NCBI GenBank assembly: GCA_005862225.1
Contig: SZXV01000006.1
Span: 18,367 to 82,366 of the forward strand
DNA length: 64,000 nt
From: Chlorobium sp.
GTDB taxonomy: Bacteria; Bacteroidota; Chlorobiia; Chlorobiales; Chlorobiaceae
Reading direction: 5' to 3'
This document shows, piece by piece, positions 50,865 through 59,990 of this stretch. The stretch's first letter is position 1. Each line of letters opens with the position of its first letter. A program made the position numbers and the translations under genes. The notes under the pieces are model-generated. The model did no database searches, had not been told where the DNA came from, and was given only the letters and a program-made list of their open reading frames with translations.

Positions 50865-51802
50865 GCGTGTCCCTCCCCTTTTATCATGGCAAATGCGTGA
50901 AATATTGCAGGCACAAGCACCTCAAGCGCATCGCTCACTGCTCCGGAACTTCCAGGTAAACAGATGACCATCGTCGATCCGACCATTCCTGCGGCAAGTC
51001 TTGAAAGCATGGCTGTCTTGATTTTCCCCTGCCCCCAATGAAAAAGCGCCTGTTCTATGCCCGGCAGTTTTCGTGAAAATCTGGGCAGAAGCGCCTCAAC
51101 AGTAACATCACGCGGACCGAGACCTGTTCCCCCTGTCGTAATAATAAGTTCAACGCCTCCAGCAGTCCATTCATCAATAACTGAAAGAATCTCTTCTTGA
51201 TTATCTGCAATAACCCGCAACTCTCCGATGGGGCATCCTGCGGCCTCAAACCCTTCTCGCAGCAATTTGCCAGAGCGGTCTTGCCCACGACCCGCAGAGA
51301 TCGAATCGGACATCACAAGAATTGATGTTTTCGGCCGATAGCCATTAAATTCATAAGATTTTCCGCCGGTTTTCTTGTCCAGCCTTATTGATCCTATCTC
51401 CATGGATTTGTCGACCGCCTTGCACATATCGTAAATAGTCAGCGCAGCCACCGAGACCGCTGTCAAGGCCTCCATCTCTACCCCGGTTGACTCTTGTGTT
51501 TTTACGGTGGCCACAATCTCAATCCGGTCTTGCTGAACATCAAAAACGATGTCGGCCCATGAGAGATTAAGCTGATGACAAAGAGGAATCAGATGAGCGG
51601 TATTTTTTGCCGCCATGATACCGGCAAGCTTGGCTGTGGTCAGAACATTGCCTTTTGGAAGAGCCGCGTGAGAGAGCAGTTCTAAAGTGGCAGGCTGCAT
51701 CAGGATATATCCGGAAGCCCGGGCAACCCGGAGCGTACCGGGCTTTCCCGAAACATCAACCATGGAGATATTCCCGGTGTTGTCAAGGTGTGTAAACTCC
51801 AT
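50861..51802 (-). CDS. moaC: MoaC-MoaB/MogA fusion
   Basis: MVDVSGK, LIPLCH, TGVEMEAL, YDMCKA; then TTGGTGLGPRDVT. Confidence 0.92.
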   Translation of the reverse strand: MEFTHLDNTGNISMVDVSGKPGTLRVARASGYILMQPATLELLSHAALPKGNVLTTAKLAGIMAAKNTAHLIPLCHQLNLSWADIVFDVQQDRIEIVATVKTQESTGVEMEALTAVSVAALTIYDMCKAVDKSMEIGSIRLDKKTGGKSYEFNGYRPKTSILVMSDSISAGRGQDRSGKLLREGFEAAGCPIGELRVIADNQEEILSVIDEWTAGGVELIITTGGTGLGPRDVTVEALLPRFSRKLPGIEQALFHWGQGKIKTAMLSRLAAGMVGSTMVICLPGSSGAVSDALEVLVPAIFHAFAMIKGEGHA

Positions 51803-51854
51803 CTCTATCGATACCCTTGTTTATGAAGGCAATTTATTACATCGAAGCTGACAT

Positions 51855-53105
51855 TTAATCCAGCCGGGGCTTGACGCCCTTGATATCATGAAAAGAGACC
51901 ACACCTAGCAGATAATCACTTTCATCAGTAATAGGAATCGCCCTGAAAGAGTAACGGAAAAACATGTCAACAGCATCATGCAGCGTATCATCCGGGTTCA
52001 GGGTAATAAGACTGTCCGTCATGATGTCCCCAAGCGTCTGCTCAGGCTCAGCCGCAATCAACTCCCGGATATCAACCACTCCCTGCAAGATGTTTTCTGC
52101 ACTCACAACATAGACATACATAATGACGTCCATATCACCGGCTACTTCCCGAAAATTATCGATCACCTCTTTAACCATCGTATCAACAGGGCGTTTGATC
52201 ACCTGCTGCGTCGAATAGAGCATGATATTTTCATCATTCTGATCAATGATCTGCTGCACTCTCTGCTTGTTTTCACTATCGACAAACTCGATAATCTCAT
52301 CGGCTTCAGAGGCCGGCAACACTGAAAGAATTCCGGCCACCTGTGCAGGACTCATCTCATTGATCAAGCCGGCAGCCTTCTCTTTTTCCATGGATCTGAT
52401 CAGTTCCCTCTGTACCCTTGGCTCAACCTCTTCGAGTGTATCAGAAGCCAGTTCAGGTTCAAGCTCGTTGAAAACCGCTATGCGCTGATTGCCTTCAAGC
52501 TCTTCGAGAATATCGGCAAGATCAACCGGATGAATGTCGTTAATATTTTCCTTGAGGACATTAAGCTTGACATTGCCTTCAAAACTTCCAATAGTGTCCG
52601 GCAAAGGCTGAACGTAAAGCCATGAGATACTGGAGTCTTCTTTGTGCCGCGCAAGATAGTTTGCAAGCTTTTTAAAGCCCATCCGACGAAGGATTCGAAA
52701 GCGATTGAAATCAACCTCGGTGACAAAAAGTTTTTCGTTCTGGAATAACAACTTGACATCATAGACCACCTCAACCTCATGACCATCCATATCAAGAATC
52801 TTCTTGTCAAGGATATAGTCTTTGAGAAAGATGTGGTTGTCAATCGGATTCAGTTCATACCCTTCTGTGGCAGTGATTTCTGAAACAATCTCGGTATTTG
52901 AAATCAGGGTAATTTTATCCCAGGGAATCAACAGACGAGGATCACCATAAGGGCGATGAACAAGAATATGAGTCACTTCCGGAATTTTACCCGCATTTTC
53001 CTGAATGACAAGATCCTTCAGTTTGCCAATTGAGTTCGATTTCAGATAGATTCGTCGTCCAACAATTTCACTCAGATAAAATTCACGATCAAGTACGGTA
53101 ACCAT
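51855..53105 (-). CDS. MgtE intracellular-domain/CBS protein with PRC-like N-terminus and no TM domain
   Basis: HPVDLADILEEL (MgtE_N), tandem CBS motifs, no hydrophobic C-terminal domain. Confidence 0.82.
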   Translation of the reverse strand: MVTVLDREFYLSEIVGRRIYLKSNSIGKLKDLVIQENAGKIPEVTHILVHRPYGDPRLLIPWDKITLISNTEIVSEITATEGYELNPIDNHIFLKDYILDKKILDMDGHEVEVVYDVKLLFQNEKLFVTEVDFNRFRILRRMGFKKLANYLARHKEDSSISWLYVQPLPDTIGSFEGNVKLNVLKENINDIHPVDLADILEELEGNQRIAVFNELEPELASDTLEEVEPRVQRELIRSMEKEKAAGLINEMSPAQVAGILSVLPASEADEIIEFVDSENKQRVQQIIDQNDENIMLYSTQQVIKRPVDTMVKEVIDNFREVAGDMDVIMYVYVVSAENILQGVVDIRELIAAEPEQTLGDIMTDSLITLNPDDTLHDAVDMFFRYSFRAIPITDESDYLLGVVSFHDIKGVKPRLD

Positions 53106-53120
53106 TTTTGATTTTAGGTT

Positions 53121-53297
53121 TTATACAACTTTTAATACCGTGATGAATTTGTAAACCATCAGTACAACAAGCAGAAAGAGATAAACCCGAAGTAACGCCA
53201 GTGAAAATTTCACACCTCGGGACATTTCGACCGTTGGTTTGGCATAGCGCTGGTTGATCTCGCGGATCTTGCTGAAAAATTGATTGATTGTCCTCAT
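53121..53297 (-). CDS. 58-aa single-TM protein missed by the ORF track
   Basis: Manual translation MRTINQFFSKIREINQRYAKPTVEMSRGVKFSLALLRVYLFLLVVLMVYKFITVLKVV*; fills the gap between two co-oriented genes. Confidence 0.75.
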   Translation of the reverse strand: MRTINQFFSKIREINQRYAKPTVEMSRGVKFSLALLRVYLFLLVVLMVYKFITVLKVV

Positions 53298-53313
53298 TAT
53301 CTGATACCCTCAA

Positions 53314-54582
53314 TTATTGGAAAATATTGGGAAAGAGTGCACTGACGCCATACATGGTGGAGAGAATGATGATCGATCCAACAATAACGCTGCTGATAAT
53401 ATTCTGTAATCGTGTATTGGCATACTCCCCCATAGTTTTTTTATCGTTGAGCAGCAGAATGAGAAAAACAAGCGCCGCAGGAAGAAGTGTTACCGCTACA
53501 ACCTGGACAAAAAGTGTGATGAGTACAAGCGGCGCGCCCGGAATCAAGGGAACAACTCCGGCCGTTATCAGGGTAAAGAGAAAAGAGATATAAAACCAGG
53601 GGGCTTCTTTTACCTTGGTGTTGAGTGAGTGCGCCCATCCAAAGATCTCTCCGAATGCCCATGAGCTTGCGAGAGAAATACAGATCGCCCCGAGCAAACC
53701 GGCATCAAACAAACCAATCGCCATGAACGCTCCGACATAATGATTTGTTTTCATCAACAATTTTGCTGCGGTAGCTGCATCATCAATTGGCGCACCATTC
53801 AGAAGCGTGCCGGTTACAATGACAATGAAAATCGCAATGGCAACAGTGATAATCGCGCCGATAAAGGTATCGATTTTGCCCATTTTGATATCTTTTTCCT
53901 GCAAGCCTTTGTCAACCACCGAGCTTTGCTGAAAAAAAAGCATCCAGGGAGCGATTGTCGTACCGATATTGGCCATCAGCAGAAAAAAGAGCTCATTGGT
54001 AAGACCTCCCGGAAGATTTGGAATCAATCCATGACTTGCAATATCGGCAATTGACGGGTTAACCATAAATGCCGCTGGAATATAAATCAGGTTCAAAAGA
54101 CAAAACCCAAGGGCGATTTTTTCCCAGGTCCAGTACCGGCCATTCAGCACGATAATGCTCATGAGCAGGACCACAAGAATGACGGTCAACCATGCCGGAA
54201 CACCAAAAATGCTTAACGCTGCTGTCATGCCGACAAATTCAGTCACGAGTGTCAACCAGTCCACAATCATGAGATCAAGCAGCGAAAACCACCCCCAGAA
54301 AGCACCAAAACTTTCAAAAATAGCTTCGGCATGTCCACGTTTGGTCACTGCCCCCAACCTCACGGTCATCTCCTGTACATAATAGGCCACCGGGATAAGA
54401 AGAAGCAAAAACCATATAAGGTGATAACCATATTTGGCGCCGGTAGCGGCATAAGTAGTAATGCCCCCGGCGTCATTATCAGCAATCATCACAACAAGAC
54501 CCGGACCTGCAATGACAAGGTAGAGGCGAACAGCTTTCCAGACTTTTTTAAACCGGTAGTAGAGAAGAGAAAAAAAATCCAT
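53314..54582 (-). CDS. Nramp-related transporter (NRMT-like, probably Mg2+)
   Basis: IADNDAGGITTY replaces DPGN; GTTIAPW replaces MPH; next to an MgtE_N/CBS gene. Confidence 0.82.
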   Translation of the reverse strand: MDFFSLLYYRFKKVWKAVRLYLVIAGPGLVVMIADNDAGGITTYAATGAKYGYHLIWFLLLLIPVAYYVQEMTVRLGAVTKRGHAEAIFESFGAFWGWFSLLDLMIVDWLTLVTEFVGMTAALSIFGVPAWLTVILVVLLMSIIVLNGRYWTWEKIALGFCLLNLIYIPAAFMVNPSIADIASHGLIPNLPGGLTNELFFLLMANIGTTIAPWMLFFQQSSVVDKGLQEKDIKMGKIDTFIGAIITVAIAIFIVIVTGTLLNGAPIDDAATAAKLLMKTNHYVGAFMAIGLFDAGLLGAICISLASSWAFGEIFGWAHSLNTKVKEAPWFYISFLFTLITAGVVPLIPGAPLVLITLFVQVVAVTLLPAALVFLILLLNDKKTMGEYANTRLQNIISSVIVGSIIILSTMYGVSALFPNIFQ

Positions 54583-54914
54583 ATCCGTCGAATTGGACGT
54601 TGACGAGACCCGGCATTGTGATTGAAAGAGAGAGGAGAAGCATTTCACTCAGAGAGAGTCGTTCAGACTTACCTGTCAATCAGGCGCAAATTTACAATTC
54701 TTTGGTAACTTTACAAAGCAGGATATCTTATATAAAGCCCGCTATTTGCGCATTAACAATAGAGAAATGGGAGTTATACTTTTGAGGCAATCATTCATCT
54801 ATTTGTTTTCGCGAGTAAATACACAAAATCACCAACGTCCCTTTAACCAGGGGATGATTTTTTCTATTATATTGATGCTCAAATTATCTATATGTTTACT
54901 TGCAGAATTTCTTT

Positions 54915-55790
54915 ATGGAACGTGGCGCGGGAAGAAAACCGGAGTGGTTGAAAATCAGGATGGTTTCGGGAGCATCGTTTGCAGCGACTCGGAAGTTACT
55001 TGGACGACATAGTCTGCACACGGTCTGTCGTTCGGCAATGTGCCCCAATTTGCAGGATTGCTGGTCGAGGGGCACCGCCACTTTTCTTCTGCTCGGTAAT
55101 GTCTGTACTCGAACATGCAGGTTCTGTGCGGTAGGCAAGGTGGCAAACCCTCCAGCACCTGATTTGCTTGAGCCCAATAATATTGCGCTGGCAGTGAAGT
55201 CTATGGAATTGAAGCATGCTGTCCTGACCAGTGTCACTCGTGATGACCTTTCCGATGGAGGTGCAGCACATTGGGTGAAAACGATAAAGGCTATCCGGAA
55301 CCAGACTCCTTTGGTTACTCTTGAATGCCTTATTCCCGATTTTCAGGGTAATGAAAATACCTTCGATCTGGTTATGGCAGAGGCTCCTGAGGTACTGAAT
55401 CATAATATTGAAACCGTACCATCCCTGTACACCAAGGTACGCCCCCAGGCAAATTACAAGGCATCGCTACAGCTTCTGCTTCGGGCTAAAGAGAAACATG
55501 GCCTTATCACTAAGTCAGGCCTGATGGTTGGAATGGGTGAAACGGCTGAAGAGATTACAGCGTCGCTGCACGACCTTGCAAGCCATGGATGCGATATGGT
55601 TACCATTGGCCAGTACCTTCAGCCATCTGCAAATCACCTTCCGGTTGAACGTTACATTCCGCCTGCGGAGTTTGAGCAGTACAGAATCATCGCCGAAGCT
55701 GCCGGTTTTCGCCATGTACAATCAGCTCCATTTGTCAGAAGCTCCTGGCACGCAGAGGCTTATGCACAGAACACTGAGATACTTTCCTAA
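54915..55790 (+). CDS. lipA: Lipoyl synthase
   Basis: [33 protein letters not shown]. Confidence 0.95.
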   Translation: MERGAGRKPEWLKIRMVSGASFAATRKLLGRHSLHTVCRSAMCPNLQDCWSRGTATFLLLGNVCTRTCRFCAVGKVANPPAPDLLEPNNIALAVKSMELKHAVLTSVTRDDLSDGGAAHWVKTIKAIRNQTPLVTLECLIPDFQGNENTFDLVMAEAPEVLNHNIETVPSLYTKVRPQANYKASLQLLLRAKEKHGLITKSGLMVGMGETAEEITASLHDLASHGCDMVTIGQYLQPSANHLPVERYIPPAEFEQYRIIAEAAGFRHVQSAPFVRSSWHAEAYAQNTEILS

Positions 55791-55809
55791 ACAAAAACCT
55801 TACCCTGCC

Positions 55810-56379
55810 ATGTCGGTACCAATGATGATCTATGCTTACTGGGCCTTCGCCTTTCTTGTCGGCATTCTCTTTTTCAGGAAAGACATCATGACCTTTAACC
55901 GTGAGTTCGATCTCAGAAGAGTTGCGCTGATTGTCGCCTCTGTGATAATCATTGCCATCAATGCCTGGGTCTATTCACACTCAACGACGGACGGTGGACG
56001 ACTTCTTGATCTCATGACGGTTCTGGTTTTCAGCATCGGAAATGGCATTGCTGAAACCTTTATGTTTTATGCTGTTTTTCGTCTTGGAACTTTTCTTGCT
56101 GGCCGCATGACACAAAACCCATGGCTGCTTTTTGTTGCGGGTTTTATCTGTTTTATGGTCTACAGTGGTTTGATCCATGGGCTTTTCTGGATTAACATTC
56201 TTCCTGAACACGTCGTGCAGACAAGCCCTTACAAGCCCTTTTTCATGCCTGTCCAGTTGTTGATTGCTGGAAGCTGGGCCTTGAATTTTTTCTGGTATCG
56301 CGATATCAGAACAGTTATTCTGCTGCATGCACTGGTTGATCTGACGATGGTATGCAATGTCAAATTCACCATGTTTTAA
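55810..56379 (+). CDS. Multi-TM hypothetical protein (possibly divergent CPBP-like)
   Basis: ATG at 55810; about 6 TM segments; IAET, LIHG and LHALVD motifs. Confidence 0.6.
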   Translation: MSVPMMIYAYWAFAFLVGILFFRKDIMTFNREFDLRRVALIVASVIIIAINAWVYSHSTTDGGRLLDLMTVLVFSIGNGIAETFMFYAVFRLGTFLAGRMTQNPWLLFVAGFICFMVYSGLIHGLFWINILPEHVVQTSPYKPFFMPVQLLIAGSWALNFFWYRDIRTVILLHALVDLTMVCNVKFTMF

Positions 56380-56625
56380 GCCTGAGATCTTCTTCCTGCA
56401 CATTGGGCAACCATAAGTGTTGCCCATGCAATCTTCTCTCCTTTCTTTCACGGCTTCCGACTACTCTTCGATATCTCTCCTCTTTTGACCTTGTCAACAA
56501 TCAACAATTTGTAACCTTTTCCATCTGTAATCTATCAGGAACATCAAACAAAATATTTTTGTATTCTGTAACAATGAAGACTGGAATCGGTAAACCCAAC
56601 AAGAAAGCGGTTCGAAATCATCACC

Positions 56626-57327
56626 ATGAAGTCATTCAAAGGTACTGTACTGGTTGCCGGAGCTACCGGCAGAACGGGAGCATGGATCATTAAACGCCTG
56701 CAAAGTCATCACCTTGACTATCATCTGTTTGTGCGAACCGGTAAAAAGGCACTTGAGCTTTTTGGGCCCGAAATCATTGATAAGCTGACCATTGGATCTA
56801 TTGAAAATCCACAAGAGATCATTGCGGCACTTCATCATGCAGATGCCGTTATTTGCGCTATAGGCGGCAATGTCACTGACCCTTCATCAGCGCCACCTTC
56901 AGCTATCGACCGGGATGGCGTCATAAGATTGGCAACACTGGCCAAAGCACAAGGTGTTAAAAAATTTATTCTTATAAGTTCTCTTGCCGTTACCAGAGAA
57001 AACCACCCCTTGAACAAATACGGCCAGGTGCTTACCATGAAGCTTGAAGGTGAAAATGAGGTACGAAAACTCTTTTCAGATCAGGGATTTTCCTATACTA
57101 TTCTCCGTCCAGGCGGTCTGATCGAAGGCCCACCACTCCAGCACTCACTGATTTTTGATACCGGAGACAAAATCGAAACCGGTTCCATCCCGCGAAGCGA
57201 TCTGGCTGAGATCGCTGTTCTCTCTCTCTTTACTCCAGAAGCCCATAATATCACTTTCGAACTTATTATGGGCGAACCCGCCAATCAATCTTCACTTATA
57301 AAATTTTTCAAAAAGATTACTGACTGA
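56626..57327 (+). CDS. Atypical SDR / NAD(P)-binding protein
   Basis: VLVAGATGRTG, ILRPGGL, IPRSDLA. Confidence 0.85.
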   Translation: MKSFKGTVLVAGATGRTGAWIIKRLQSHHLDYHLFVRTGKKALELFGPEIIDKLTIGSIENPQEIIAALHHADAVICAIGGNVTDPSSAPPSAIDRDGVIRLATLAKAQGVKKFILISSLAVTRENHPLNKYGQVLTMKLEGENEVRKLFSDQGFSYTILRPGGLIEGPPLQHSLIFDTGDKIETGSIPRSDLAEIAVLSLFTPEAHNITFELIMGEPANQSSLIKFFKKITD

Positions 57328-57329
57328 AA

Positions 57330-57905
57330 TATAATCCTGACTATACCAATAATCAGAGCAGAAAATCAAACAATATCACACATTAAAAATTATATCAATT
57401 CATCAAACCTATACGTTATTCCAAAAATGAATAGGTGTGATGAACACATTTATTTATAATAATAAAAAATATTTATACGCATTAATAATAAAGAATACTA
57501 CAAATTATTAACACAATTAATTAAAAGTTTTTTATAAACACCATCCTATTTATTGATGCAATAACACTATAAACCAAAAAAGAATTAATGACCATTTAAT
57601 CATTATTATAAAAATTAATTTTATAATAATGATTATAAGATTATTTTATAAATTTCAATAGAATGAAATTACTTATAATAATTAATAAATTTAAATAATT
57701 AAAGAGCAAAATTATTATTAACAACAATTAACCTTAATCAGACTGAAATAATATAATTATTAATGCCATTAATAAATTAATTAATAATAAATTAATAAAG
57801 ATTTTTTTAAATAAAATATTTTTATACAGAGTAATTTAAGATATTTAATTTTAAGTACTTAGATTTATCAATCTAACAAAACCTCTTAACATCAATAGCC
57901 GTTAT
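57330..57905. other. Extremely AT-rich non-coding block
   Basis: Hand counts: 4 G+C per 60 nt at 57601-57660 and 5 per 60 nt at 57781-57840; no ORF of 60 aa or more. Confidence 0.9.
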
Positions 57906-57931
57906 TTTTGCTCAAAAAACTAAAAATTATT

Positions 57932-58873
57932 ATGGATTTATATTCACATATAATTAAATTAAAATCGGCTGTAGATGTAAAGGAATCTTTATTTAGTGGT
58001 CAGTCATTTTTGTGGGATAACTATGAAAATAGAAATGATTATTATATGACTGTAATCAAAAGAATACCAATTATAATACGGCAATTAACTGATAATAAAG
58101 TTGAAGTAATATCAGATTCAATAACTGTTGACTCTATTTTAATAAGTGATTTTATAAATAATTACTTTTCTGTTAATGTTGATATAAATAAAATTTATGC
58201 AGAGAATTTCATGGAATTATATCCTGATATCTATAGCATGTTAAATGGATATTATTCTTTACGAATACTGAGGCAGGAGCCATTTGAAACCATGATTTCA
58301 TTTATGTGTGCTCAAGGAATTGGAATGCATATCATAAGAAAACAGGTCTCCATGCTTAAAAAATTTTATGGTGAAAAATTTTCAATAACCTTTAATGGTG
58401 ATGAGATTATTTTATATTCTTTCCCAACTCCACAACAGCTTGCAAACGCTGATTTATCTCAACTCTCACTTTGTACAAACAACAATAAACTTCGGGCTGC
58501 AAACATTATACTTGCGGCAAAGAGTGTTGTTGAAGGAAAATTGGATCTCAATATTTTGGGGGCATCAGAGATTCCTCTTGCTCAACTGCGTAACACGCTT
58601 TGCCAGATTCGAGGTATAGGATTTAAAATTGCTGACTGTATCGCTCTCTTCGGACTTGGTCGTTTTGATGCATTCCCTATCGATACTCATGTCAAACAAT
58701 ATCTTGGAACATGGTTCAAGAGTACCACGGCTCTTCGTTCTTTAACTCCGGCGAATTATCTTATCCTTGATGCAGAGGCGCGCACGTTCTTAAACCCGGA
58801 TTTTGCAGGATATGCGGGACATATTCTCTTTCACTGTTGGCGTAAAGAGATAAAAAAGCTTCACTCGTTCTGA
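57932..58873 (+). CDS. 8-oxoguanine DNA glycosylase (Ogg1-like, HhH-GPD)
   Basis: LFSGQSFLW, LRILRQEPFET, GIGFKIADC (catalytic Lys), FPIDTHV (Asp). Confidence 0.88.
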   Translation: MDLYSHIIKLKSAVDVKESLFSGQSFLWDNYENRNDYYMTVIKRIPIIIRQLTDNKVEVISDSITVDSILISDFINNYFSVNVDINKIYAENFMELYPDIYSMLNGYYSLRILRQEPFETMISFMCAQGIGMHIIRKQVSMLKKFYGEKFSITFNGDEIILYSFPTPQQLANADLSQLSLCTNNNKLRAANIILAAKSVVEGKLDLNILGASEIPLAQLRNTLCQIRGIGFKIADCIALFGLGRFDAFPIDTHVKQYLGTWFKSTTALRSLTPANYLILDAEARTFLNPDFAGYAGHILFHCWRKEIKKLHSF

Positions 58874-58907
58874 CTATAGTAATAATACAACCCTTGACGA
58901 ACTACTC

Positions 58908-59798
58908 ATGACAAAGATAAAGCAAGTGCTGGTTGCTGGAGCTTCAGGCTATCTCGGCAGATATGTTGTACAGGAGTTTAAGGAGAGAGGATATTATGTT
59001 CGTGCACTGGTAAGAAATCAGGATAAAATCAAAACGCCTGGACCATACGGAGAGCCTGCGATATATGACATAGTCGATGACATCGTTACTGGTGATATAA
59101 CCTCGCCACAAAGTCTCAAGGAGATATGCAGGGATATCGATCTTGTTTTTTCAGCACTCGGCCTGACAGCTCCACATCCCGAGCAGACCAGCCATGATGT
59201 CGATTACCTGGGTAATAAATGGATCCTTGAACAGGCTCTTGCGGAAAATGTATCAAGGTTTATCTACGTATCGGTCTTCAATCAGGAAAAAATGGCTGAA
59301 ATTCCCACCATCAAGGCACACGAACTTTTTGTTGATGAACTGAAAAAATCTGCTCTCTCATGGACGGTCATACGACCAAACGGATATTTTTCTGATATGG
59401 GACGATTTTTCTCAATGGCTGAAAGTGGCCATATCTTCATGATTGGAGAGGGAGAGAAAAAAATTAATCCTATTCACGGAGCCGATCTTGCAACGGTTTG
59501 TGTTAATGCGGCATCGGAGAAAGAGCCTCGGGAAATTGCCGTTGGTGGGCCTGATATTTATTCATTCAGAGAGATTATGGAAATGGCATTTCAGGCGTGC
59601 GGAAAAACACCATGGATAACGTCACTTCCGTTGTGGCTTGCAGAAGGAGGGCTCATAGTAACAGCTCTTTTCAACAGAAATCTGGCTGACCTTTTGTCGT
59701 TCGCTGTTGAAGCTCTTAAATTCGATCATGTAGCTCCCCCTTATGGCACAAAACATCTGAAAGATTTTTTTGCTGAACTTGCCAAAAAGAGAGAATAG
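58908..59798 (+). CDS. SDR/NmrA-like NAD(P)-dependent oxidoreductase
   Basis: VLVAGASGYLG, VDYLGN, VIRPNGYFSD, NPIHGADLA. Confidence 0.85.
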   Translation: MTKIKQVLVAGASGYLGRYVVQEFKERGYYVRALVRNQDKIKTPGPYGEPAIYDIVDDIVTGDITSPQSLKEICRDIDLVFSALGLTAPHPEQTSHDVDYLGNKWILEQALAENVSRFIYVSVFNQEKMAEIPTIKAHELFVDELKKSALSWTVIRPNGYFSDMGRFFSMAESGHIFMIGEGEKKINPIHGADLATVCVNAASEKEPREIAVGGPDIYSFREIMEMAFQACGKTPWITSLPLWLAEGGLIVTALFNRNLADLLSFAVEALKFDHVAPPYGTKHLKDFFAELAKKRE

Positions 59799-59990
59799 TC
59801 GACGAGAGTCTTAATGTTGTAATACCATCAGGGTAAAAGAACGGCCTTTGCTTCTTGCATCCTCTTTTTTTCAGGGCTTCCCGCTTTTTTCTCACTATCT
59901 AATTCAATACCTTGGGAATCGATTGGAAAGCACTTGATAAATGGCGCCGCTTTTTCCAAAAAACTGAAATTTTAGAGTTTACACGTTCCC

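Noticed and set aside
45626-51802. Moco gene cluster with MobB-MobA and MoaC-MoaB fusions as a novel system
   Set aside because: These are known fusion types with ordinary motifs, and there is no molybdoenzyme or unusual partner in the window.
54583-54800. Possible M-box or yybP-ykoY riboswitch upstream of the NRMT-like gene
   Set aside because: I could not match the conserved cores on the coding strand. A GACGAGACC-like piece is on the wrong strand. An Infernal search would be needed.
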